Positions 49,101-59,987 of a DNA stretch of 64,000 bases are shown here, in pieces; within the stretch, counting starts at the first letter, position 1; every line of letters starts with the position of its first letter. The notes below the pieces were generated by a model that saw only the letters and a program-made list of their open reading frames with translations, did no database searches and was not told where the DNA came from. The stretch covers positions 9,734,001 to 9,798,000 of the forward strand of contig CATNEN010000039.1 of the NCBI GenBank assembly GCA_950097015.1, in the 5' to 3' direction. Position numbers and translations under genes: made by a program. This DNA comes from Macrostomum hystrix. Lineage: Eukaryota > Animalia > Platyhelminthes.

Positions 49101-52100
49101 ATTATCCCAGCTAATACTGGTACCCATTTAACAGTTGGGTGAACTGAAGCAATGCAGAGTTAAGTGTCTTGCTAAAGGATACAAATTGTTCCAGTGGAGT
49201 CGGGAATCGAACCCCCGACCTTCAAGTCGTGAGTCCGACGCCCTAACCACTAGGCTACAACCTCTTTTGGCTACCACCTCTTTTTTATTTATCATAGCAG
49301 TATTTTTGCTATGATAAATGATTAATAGAGAAAAAAAAACATAAGATCGGTCGGATCGTGATACGCTACCAATAGAGAGGAAGATAGTGATAAGCCCTTA
49401 CTTGCATGTCATATACATCTTGAGCACTGATAACAATTAGATTCTTTTTTAATTATTGTTTCCTAACTTTTGAGCAGTGCTTGATTTTCTTCAATATTTC
49501 TGACTAAATTATTGCTTTAAGTGTTTGCCATATATATCCAAACACTACAATGTGCTATTCCTGCACTGATTGGGACTTATGCCGGGTTTCTAGCAGCATA
49601 CAAGTTTTAAATTTGAAGCTGTCTTTGAAGCATGTGGAGGGTTTTCCTTTGTGCTAAAAATAGCATTTGATTTCCTTACACACTGATAAACTAGGCTACT
49701 ACATGTAGATTCCAACTAACAAAGCCAGTACAGAATGCCTAACAGGGAAGTACTTGGATATTAGGAAAACTACTAAATAAAAACCAAAAAAATATATAAA
49801 CTGCTTGTAGTAACTCAGTACACCCTGTTTCTTGGTTTGCAGCTAATCAGTCAGTAATTTTCTTTTAGATTATTTATTATTTCACTTTCTATAACGAAAT
49901 TGTAGATTCCACTTCGCTGGAGCCGCATGATGGTCACAGTTACGCAGGATTTGCGTCACAGTCACCTGTTTCTCACAGCAGTGCTTCTCTATACGAAGTC
50001 CCATTTCGTAATACGGCAAGAGATGTCTTGGAAAAAACAATAGAAACTTTTAAATTGAAGTCAGGTAACTTCAACATCGTCGTCTTGAGCTTGCTGAGCC
50101 GAGACCACGAATCTGTTTGTGCATCGCAGAGAGTAATCCGCGAGGCAGTTAACAAACTTAATGGCTGCATTGGTATTGATTTCCTTGAGCATAGCCAGTT
50201 TGCTGTTGTCGGACATGTGTACTTCTCAGATTTTTTTTCTGCTCGTCAAGCTGAGGGCGCACTGAAGGCTAAGGTAAAAGCCAAGGAAAGTTTGTTGCTA
50301 ACTAGCATTGCAATTTCGTTGGTCACTAATGTTGGAGTTGAGTCTGTTGTTTTAGCGAGGCTTATTGCAGAAGCTCGGCAGACAGCAGTCAACACGATTG
50401 ACAGTTCGGTGAAGCGCATTCGTCAGCATCTGGCCGCTAAGTTGAATAGCATACTCAACAATGATGAGTTCGCTGCTGACAAGGTTGAAGAAGTTACAAA
50501 CACAATCACGGTGTTTGAACAAGACTGTCTCGCTGGCAAAGTTAGACTCAATGGCATAACTTCTAACGATGAAAATGCAATCCAGACTATTAATACTATC
50601 GTCACCAGTCTGGGTCAGAGTGAGAGACAGGCCCTTCTGGGCCTTCCAATTTACCCCTATAAAGAGGAAATTGTGAATCTGGTACGCGACAACCAGGTTA
50701 GCGTTTTTGTTGCCGAGACGGGATCTGGTAAAAGTACACAAATCGTGCAGTATCTGCACAGCTCCGGTCTGTTCTCTGGTAAGATTGCCTGCACGCAGCC
50801 TAGGCGTCTGGCAGCGAGAAGTCTGTCTGAGTATGTAGCAAAGCAGGTGGGCTGCAAGAATGGCGGCTTGGTGGCGTCCATGGTAGGAGGCAAGCCGGTT
50901 TCCAAAGAAACAAAAATCGCCTATATGACTGACTTTCAGCTGCTTAAGTTGTGCGTCTCCGACCCTAGTCTGTCTGACTATGACTGTATTATTGTGGACG
51001 AGGCACACGAACGAAATCTGCACACAGATCTTATAATCGGTCTACTAAAGCAGGCCCTACAGTTGCGTCCGCAGCTTAAGGTGCTTATCACCTCTGCCAC
51101 CATCAATCCAAATTTGTTTTTAAACTTCTTTGCTGATTTCTCCACTGCCCACGCCAAAATTCCTGGTCGTGTTTATCGCGTTGATGTCCATTACAGTGAC
51201 GAGAAGATGGATAAAAGCGAAAAGTACTACGAGAGAGCAGTTGACAAGGTGCTCAGCCTATGCAATGATCCAAAGGTTCCAGCTGGCAACATGTTGGTTT
51301 TCCTTACCACCCCAAAGGATACAGAGAACGCTAGCTCGCTATTCGCTAGGAAGTGGAGTGGTCCCGACAAAGTCAGTGCGTACCCGCTCCACGGTCAGTT
51401 GCAACCAGAGGATCAACGACTTGCAATGGAGGAAGTTAAAACTAAGAATGAGAGGAAGATTATTTTCTCCACCAATTGTGCTGAGACCTCCCTTACAATA
51501 CCGGGCGTTGTTGTAGTTGTTGATTCAGGCCTGTCTAAGCAAAATGCCTTCGATCCTGTCAGAAACATGGACGCCCTAGTTGTTGGCGAAATTTCTCGCA
51601 ACAGCGCAGACCAACGTAAGGGCAGGGCTGGTAGAACTCAAAATGGCTGCTGCTATCGGCTTTATACTGAGGCCGACTACAACGCAATGAATGAGTCGAC
51701 TGTGCCCGAGATACAACGAATCGACCTAGCTGGCGTCGCAATTAGAATTTTAGAACTTGGCTTGAATCCGCTCCGGTTTGACTACTTAACACCGCCATCA
51801 AAAGACGGTCTCAATAGCGCCATGACCACTCTGCAGCTGATAGGTGCAGTCAGCGACGATCGGCTGACTGAGTTGGGCAACAGAATTGCCAAAATTCCTG
51901 CCGAGCCACGACTTGCAAAACTGATTTTGCTGTGCTGCGAAAAGAACCTGGCGATGGAGGGTATTGTTTTAGCCTCGCTTATGTCTCTATCTGGTCAGGT
52001 GTTCTTCAGAGGTAAGACAGAGAGCGAGCGTTTAGATGCTATGAAAACTAAGGAGTTCTACGCTAGTGATGAGGGTGATCTTATCACCAGTATGCAAGTA

Positions 52101-55100
52101 TTTAAAGATTGGCTATCTCAGGCAGAGTGTAAGCGAACTAAGTGGTCCGTTAAAAATTGTGTGAATAATAAGTCAATGCGCTCTGTCAACGAGAAAGTTT
52201 CAGACGTGCAAAGAGCGTTAAAGTATGATCTAAAAATGAATTTTTCTGACTCGTTCTCCAGCGAAAGCAGCGTTGTATCCGCCGTTCAGGAGTGCATCTA
52301 CCGAGTGTTCTCTGACAAGCTCTGCGTCTATTCAGGCAATTCGCGCATCGGCTTTGTGGAAATCAGCACTGGACAACGTTTAAAGATTCACCCATCGTCG
52401 GTGTTTATCAATTCAATTAATTTCTCTTTTGCCGTGTACACCAAACTTTTGGAGACCGAGGAGACATATCTGCTCAACATTACACCCGTTTCTTCGGAGT
52501 TGCTGTCAAATAAGATATTAGAGAGCGAAATAGTTTTTAAAACCATTTCACGCATAATGCCTGTCAGTACAGAGGTGTTAAAGAGGCTTGTTGGCAGAGG
52601 CCGTACTGCAGCAAAGCAGTTGGAGGAAAATGTAAAGAAGAATATTCGACCCAGTGTGTTTGAAATTTACTGCAACTTTGAGCTCCACTCTGTAGACTTG
52701 GTTTGCGAGCCGGCTTCATGCATGGCAGCTGCGAAAGCTCTCACTAAAGAGTCTATTGAATCTGTTGTTTCAACGCTATGCTCACATGAACGTCTAGCGC
52801 CTGATCAAACACAGCTGGCTTGCACAATCCATCTAGCACAAGGCTTCGTCATCTCTCAGTTGCATCTTCCCGGCGAGTCAAGCGCTGTCAAACTACAGTC
52901 TAGGAATCCAGACGATCCTGTTTCAATTGCCATGTTAAAGGCTGTTTCGCTGAAATACAAGGACAGGATCGGTCCAATTGAAGTTAATGAAAGAGGCAAA
53001 TTTTTAATCACAGAGTCTCCCGTCAGTGCACAGAAGCTAGTGGAAATATTGAACTCTAGTGAAATTTCAATAGTTGCATTAATCAAATCACAGAATTCCG
53101 CAAATGGGCCTGAAAAACAGGTCTGCGATATGAATGAGCTGAAGCTCCGACTAACTTTTCCTCGCCGGTATCCTACGGGACTGGCGACTGTTTCATTTGA
53201 AAACCCTGGTGATGCAGCTCGCCTTTTTGACAAGGTTAAATCCCTACAATTTACTGATTTCTGGTCTAGTAGGATTGCAATTAATAAGAGAGATTCAGAG
53301 CAATTAGTTGTCTTTGACGTTCCGTTGTGGCTCGAGGGATCAGAAATCGAAAGAAGACTAAATTTAGAGTCAGGCTCTTTGTCATCGGTAAAACCAACAG
53401 TTTTACTTCGCAGAGAAAATTTAGACAATGCTCTTTCGAAAGAAGCTGCTCATAACCGGGTCAACAATATTTTAAATGCAGTGTTTGGTTCTCAGTTCGT
53501 TGAGGATAAGGAGAACTATCAATTTGCGATTCGAGATCCTCCGAATCCTGGCTTCTATGACTGGCAAGTGACCGTATGTTTCAAATTCGATGAAGACTAT
53601 GTTTCTTTTGCGAAAGAGTTTCGAAGATTTAAGACGTCAAGCTTGGCTAATCTGCAGCTATCACCCTACGTTTCTCACGGCAGAGTACGCAAGGCTCTGT
53701 TTTTAGAAAAACAACACTCGTTCAAGAATTCCGCCTTTTCTGCCACGACCTTTGCAATGCTTTTTCCACCCCTAATTGTTTCAAGAGAAATTTTCGCTGC
53801 TTCCGAGTCTTCAGTACTCGAAGTAAAAAAAGACATCGAAAAACGGACCAGATTGTTTCCACCAGAAATTCGGAGTATGTTATTAAGAAATCCGGTCACA
53901 GTAGCTGTCGACTCAGACTACACCGAAAAGCAGCGTGGGATCGAAGTGAAGAAGATCAAAATAGATGTGAAAACCGAGGATCTCACTGCTTGGTCTTTCG
54001 CTTATCAGCACCTGCGAAAGGCGCTGAAGCCTTACGAGCTGGACTGCAGCAGGAACGAAGCGCTCAGGAGCCTGCTGCTGACCAGATCTGAAGCCGAGCT
54101 GCGCAAGCGATTACCGAAAACGGCGCATGCTATTTTCGATCGGCGACGCGAGTGCCTGAGTATTTACGGACCCGAAGCGGTCCAGAGTCAATGCCAGATT
54201 GTTATTAATGGGTGAGCGACGCTCTTTTTGAGGTCTAATGTCTTATAAGCGCTATTTTTGTATAATAAATGTATTAATGTGCAATTAACTAATCAATGCA
54301 TTAGATACCTGACTGAGCGTGAGTCGCTAACTCAGCGTGAAATACTCTTAACCGGCGGTCAGCGTCCGCGCGGGCTTATTCGGCGTCTATTAAAGACCTT
54401 TGGCAGAGACCTAGCCAAACTGGGCGATGGCTCTGTCACAGCTGAATTGGACATTGGGCCGAGCAGGTCGCTGACTCTTTTTGGACAGGACGCGGCTGCT
54501 GTTGCCAACGCCGCTAAAGCTGTTGAACATCTAGCCGAAGAGGAAGCAGCCGGAGTTGCTGCCGCCGCTTTAAAAAACTCAGCAGCCGCTGTTTTGGTGC
54601 CAGGCACCGTAGATCTCGAATGTCCCGTGTGTTTTGCTTCGGCCAGCAATGATTTAAGCAGCGCCAACTGCACTCTGACTATATGCGGCCACGTCTACTG
54701 CCCCGAATGTCTGGACCTGCAACTAGCCTCTGCTACAGGTGTGCCTCTGGTGTGCGCTGCCGAGGTGAGTGAGCTACTGGGTTATTCGATCGCACTCTTC
54801 TCTCCCTCGTGTCTCTTTTCATCGATTTGGCGGTCACATCAACTCACCTTACTCCTCTCTTACCCCCTTACCCCTCGCCTGCAGAGCTGCGGCCGTCCGC
54901 TGCACGTCAACAGGGACGTCCTCGCTCGCGCTCCCGAGGCTGAGCGCGACCAGATGCTTCGCCGCCTGCTGGCCCTGGCTGTGAAGGATCACGTGGCTCG
55001 GCCGTCCAGCTGTCTGCAGTTCTGCCCGGCGCCCGACTGTCCGGGCCTGCTGCGTGACTTCAAACAGACCGCGGTCAGGGAAAGCCGCTGCAGAATGTGC

Positions 55101-58100
55101 CGCGGCACCTTCTGTCTGGAGTGAGTTCAAACCTGAGTCGAGTTCTCGTCTACTTTCGATGCTTAGCAGTTTATGAGTAGGCTTTGGTATTGGCGCACAG
55201 GTTAGCGACAAAGCATGAGTGTACACACTTCCTCACAACGGCATTCTCTGCCACACCGCCCGGGGTATAATAATAATAATTGCACGGGCTGCGGGCAATG
55301 GCACATTATTTGGTGACACTAGACCCCCAGCCAGCGACGAGGCAATTCTGCCCATTTCGCTGACTCCTGAGCACACAGATACCGTACGCAGGCACACGCT
55401 CACACAGGTGTGTACATCTGCCCTTACTTTCTCATCGTCGGGCAGTGTACACGCTCAATGTGCCTTGCAAGGGCGTAAGGGCGTAAGTTGTGCCTTCGGT
55501 CTCAAGGGCGTAAATTGCACGACAAGCCCCCAAGCCTTCTATTCGCTACTGCGCCCCAAATAAATGCGGCCTCGTCGCGGAATCGAACCTTGGTGCGAGA
55601 GGCAAACGCGTTTAACGCTCTGCCAGCCTTTAGAAGCACCGCGCTGCGGATGGCCACTAGCAATCCAGCTGGCCCAACTGGGCTGTCATATCTAGCACAT
55701 ATATCTGACTGACTACTAGATAATTACTTCATTAGTATTAAAGGTATTTTTGCAAACGATTTTTAGTTTCAGTTCCCAATCCACTTTCTATTACCCACCG
55801 TTATGTATTTTTTTCTCATGCCTGTTCCACAATCTTCAGTTGTCGCGACTTCAGTCATGTTGGCTTGTCCTGTCAGACCGCCAAGGAGATCAAAGCCAAC
55901 CCTGACTATGGCCTGCAGGTGAAGCGCTGAAAACGCGTTTACTCTCATTGTGTATAAAATTTGTCTAGCATGAAATTACACGCAACGGATGTGGTGAAAT
56001 CATGTTTGATTATAGCATTGTTCAATCAGATTGCAATTCATTTCAGTCAGATTGTAGCTCATTTAAGTCAGATTCTAACTTAGTTTCAGTCAGATTGTAA
56101 CTCATTTCAGTCAGATTGTAACTCATTTCAGTCAGATTGTAACTCATTTCAGTCATATTGTAGCTCATTTCAGTCAGATTGTAGCTCATTTCAGTCAGAT
56201 TGTAACTCATTTCAGTCAGATTGTAACTCATTTCAGTCATATTGTAGCTCATTTCAGTCAGATTGTAGCTCATTTCAGTCAGATTGTAGCTCATTTCAGT
56301 CAGATTGTAACTTATTTCAGTCAGATTGTAGCTCATTTCAGTCAGATTGTAGCTCATTTCAGTCAGATTGTAACTCATTTCAGTCAGATTGTAACTCATT
56401 TCAGTCAGATTGTAACTCATTTCAGTCATATTGTAGCTCATTTCAGTCAGATTGTAACTCATTTCAGTCAGATTGTAGCTCATTTCAGTCAGATTGTAAC
56501 TCATTTCAGTCAGATTGTAACTCATTTCAGTCAGATTGTAGCTCATTTCAGTCAGATTGTAACTCATTTCAGTCAGATTGTAACTCATTTCAGTCAGATT
56601 GTAACTCATTTCAGTCAGATTGTAGCTCATTTCAGTCAGATTGTAACTCATTTCAGTCAGATTGTAGCTCATTTCAGTCAGATTGTAACTCATTTCAGTC
56701 AGATTGTAGCTCATTTCAGTCAGATTGTAGCTCATTTCAGTCAGATTGTAACTCATTTCAGTCAGATTGTAACTCATTTCAGTCAGATTGTAACTCATTT
56801 CAGTCATATTGTAGCTCATTTCAGTCAGATTGTAACTCATTTCAGTCAGATTGTAGCTCATTTCAGTCAGATTGTAACTCATTTCAGTCAGATTGTAACT
56901 CATTTCAGTCAGATTGTAGCTCATTTCAGTCAGATTGTAACTCATTTCAGTCAGATTGTAACTCATTTCAGTCAGATTGTAGCTCATTTCAGTCAGATTG
57001 TAACTCATTTCAGTCAGATTGTAACTCATTTCAGTCCGATTGTAGCTCATTTCAGACAGATTGTAACTCATTTCAGTCAGATTGTAGCTCATTTCAGTCA
57101 GATTGTAGCTCATTTCAGTCAGATTGTAACTCATTTCAGTCAGATTGTAACTCATTTCAGTCAGATTGTAACTCATTTCAGTCATATTGTAGCTCATTTC
57201 AGTCAGATTGTAACTCATTTCAGTCAGATTGTAACTCATTTCAGTCAGATTGTAACTCATTTCAGTCAGATTGTAACTCATTTCAGTCAGATTGTAACTC
57301 ATTTCAGTCCGATTGTAGCTCATTTCAGTCAGATTGTAACTCATTTCAGTCAGATTGTAGCTCATTTCAGTCAGATTGTAGCTCATTTCAGTCAGATTGT
57401 AGCTCATTTCAGTCAGATTGTAACTCATTTCAGTCATATTGTAGCTCATTTCAGTCAGATTGTAACTCATTTCAGTCAGATTGTAACTCATTTCAGTCAG
57501 ATTGTAGCTCATTTCAGTCAGATTGTAACTCATTTCAGTCAGATTGTAGCTCATTTCAGTCAGATTGTAACTCATTTCAGTCATATTGTAGCTCATTTCA
57601 GTCAGATTGTAACTCATTTCAGTCAGATTGTAGCTCATTTCAGTCATATTGTAGCTCATTTCAGTCAGATTGTAACTCATTTCAGTCATATTGTAGCTCA
57701 TTTCAGTCAGATTGTAACTCATTTCAGTCAGATTGTAACTCATTTTAGTCAGATTGTAACTCATTTCAGTCAGATTGTAACTCATTTCAGTCAGATTGTA
57801 GCTCATTTCAGTCAGATTGTAACTCATTTCAGTCAGATTGTAGCTCATTTCAGTCAGATTGTAACTCATTTCAGTCAGATTGAAGCTCAGTCCCGCTAGC
57901 CGTATCCGGTAAGCATTGTACTGTGAGTAGCTTAGCATATTTCCTTTCAATTGGCAGACTTGGCTCAAGGCGGACTCGCGCAATCGCAAGCAGTGCCCCA
58001 AGTGTCGGACTCACATCGAAAAGAATGCCGGCTGCAATCATATGACCTGCATAAGCTGCCATTGCCACTTCTGCTGGATCTGTCTGAAGTCGTTTGCCAC

Positions 58101-58140
58101 GGCTGGCGAAGTCTACAATCATCAAGCGTTCTGCCGTTGA
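46116..58140 (+). CDS. DEAH-box RNA helicase fused to an RBR (RING1-IBR-RING2) E3 ubiquitin ligase (DEAH11/12-like architecture), ~1764 aa, 6 exons
   Basis: Exons 46116-46146 (tentative first exon; phase 1 matches the next acceptor), 49906-54211, 54305-54764, 54885-55120, 55840-55918, 57958-58140 (5295 nt). Helicase motifs: AETGSGKST, TQPRRLAA, DEAH, SAT, TNCAETSLTIPG, QRKGRAGR, plus HA2/OB region. RING1: CPVC..CGHVYCPEC..CAAESC. IBR: CPAPDC..CRMCRGTFCLDC..H..C. RING2: KQCPKCRTHIEKNAGCNHMTCISCHCHFCWIC. Confidence 0.9.
49028..49264 (-). mobile_element. tRNA-derived CORE-type SINE, second copy, in helicase intron 1
   Basis: Reverse complement GAGGTTGTAGCCTAGTGGTTAGGGCGTCGGACTCACGACTTGAAGGTCGGGGGTTCGATTCCCGACTCCACTG has intact A and B boxes and is nearly identical to 19974-20195. 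Confidence 0.88.
56022..57890. repeat. 21-bp minisatellite, ~88 copies, in the intron between the IBR and RING2 exons
   Basis: Unit CATTTCAGTCAGATTGTAA/GCT. It produces the spurious (LTEMSYN)n ORF. Confidence 0.98.
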
Positions 58141-58207
58141 GCTGGGAGTCTTGCGATTATTTGGCGAGATTTTTTACCCATAACATATTTTCGCTGTGAG
58201 TGTGGTA

Positions 58208-59660
58208 ATTTCCTAGTGTCTATGAGTCAGTGTCTATGAGTGCGGTCATTTTCCCCAGTGTCTATGAGTGCGGTCATTTCACCCAGTGTCTATTAGTGCC
58301 GTCATTTCCCCCAGTGTCTATGAGTGCGGTCATTTTCTCCAGTGTCTATGAGTGCGGTCATTTTCCCCAGTGTCTATGAGTGCGGTCATTTCCCCCAGTG
58401 TCTATGAGTACGGTCATTTCCCCAGTGTCTATGAGTGTGGTCATTTCCCCAGTGTCTATGAGTGTAGTCATTTCCCCAGTGTCTATAAGTGCGGTCATTT
58501 CCCCCAGTGTCTATGAGTGCCGTCATTTCCCCCAGTGTCTATGAGTGTGGTTATTTCCCCAGTGTCTATGAGTGCGGTCATTTTCCCCAGTGTCTATGAG
58601 TGCGGTCATTTCCCCCAGTGTCTATGAGTGCGGTCATTTTCCCCAGTGTCTATGAGTGCGGTCATTTCACACAGTGTCTATTAGTGCCGTCATTTCCCCC
58701 AGTGTCTATGAGTGTGGTTATTTCCCCAGTGTCTATGAGTGTGGTCATTTCCCCCACTGTCTATGAGTGCGGTCATTTCACACAGTGTCTATTAGTGCCG
58801 TCATTTCCCCCAGTGTCTATGAGTGTGGTTATTTCCCCAGTGTCTATGAGTGTGGTCATTTCCCCCACTGTCTATGAGTGCGGTCATTTCACACAGTGTC
58901 TATTAGTGCGGTCATTTCACACAGTGTCTATTAGTGCCGTCATTTCCCCCAGTGTCTATGAGTGCGGTCATTTTCCCCAGTGTCTATGAGTGCGGTCATT
59001 TCCCCCAGTGTCTATGAGTGCGGTCATTTCCCCAGTGTCTATGAGTGTGGTCATTTCACCCAGTGTCTATGAGTGCCGTCATTTCCCCCAGTGTCTATGA
59101 GTGCGGTCATTTCACCCAGTGTCTATGAGTGCGGTCATTTCACCCAGTGTCTATGAGTGTGGTTATTTCCCCAGTGTCTATGAGTGTGGTCATTTCCCCC
59201 AGTGTCTATGAGTGTGGTCATTTCCCCCAGTGTCTATGAGTGCAGTCATTTCCCCCAGTGTCTATGAGTGCCGTCATTTCCCCCAGTGTCTATGAGTGCG
59301 GTAATTTCACCCAGTGTCTATGAGTGCGGTGATTTCACCCAGTGTCTATGAGTGTGGTTATTTCCCCAGTGTCTATGAGTGCGGTGATTTCGCCCAGTGT
59401 CTATGAGTGTGGTCATTTCCCCCAGTGTCTATGAGTGTGGTCATTTCCCCCAGTGTCTATGAGTGCGGTCATTTCCCCTGTCTATGAGTGCAGTTATTTT
59501 CTCTGTTGAAGTGCTCTATAAATGGGCTCATTTCCCCCAGTGTCTATGGGTGCAGTTATTTTCTCTGTTGAAGTGCTCTATAAAAGGGGTCATTTCCCCC
59601 AGTGTCTATGGGTGCAGTTATTTTCTCCGTTGAAGTGCTCTATAAATGGCGTCATTTTCT
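58208..59660. repeat. 27-28-bp minisatellite immediately downstream of the helicase-RBR stop codon
   Basis: Unit AGTGTCTATGAGTGCGGTCATTTCCCCC, decaying into longer compound units after ~59480. Confidence 0.96.
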
Positions 59661-59987
59661 CAAGTTCTCTATGAAAAAAGATTAAAAATTTTTGAGGTCT
59701 TTATTTCTTTTTTGAAGTACATTTTCTTGGTTATTCAAATATAGGCCTTTTTTCTAGCATGTCATTAATAGACAAACTAATATATCCCTGTGCTTGATTT
59801 TTTGTTGTCAGCTGCTGTTTGATTTCACCAATTGATTATAGTTCTCGTAAAAAATGTTGTCACAGACAAGTATAATTTATATAAACTTGATTCGCTTCTT
59901 TAATCGCCATTTCTTTTTATAGCTTTATAACCAGTTCGCTGTGCTGTTAACCACTTCCTTTTCGTTATTTACTTTTGCCTATTAGTC

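Noticed and set aside
49190-49264. Functional tRNA gene
   Set aside because: It has A and B boxes, but the cloverleaf stems are poor and it continues into a SINE body repeated elsewhere in the window.
56043-58001. 652-aa (LTEMSYN)n ORF on the minus strand
   Set aside because: Translation of a 21-bp satellite lying inside an intron of the plus-strand gene.
58600-58989. 129-aa ORF with repeated YECGHF (zinc-finger-like)
   Set aside because: Translation of the 27-28-bp satellite.
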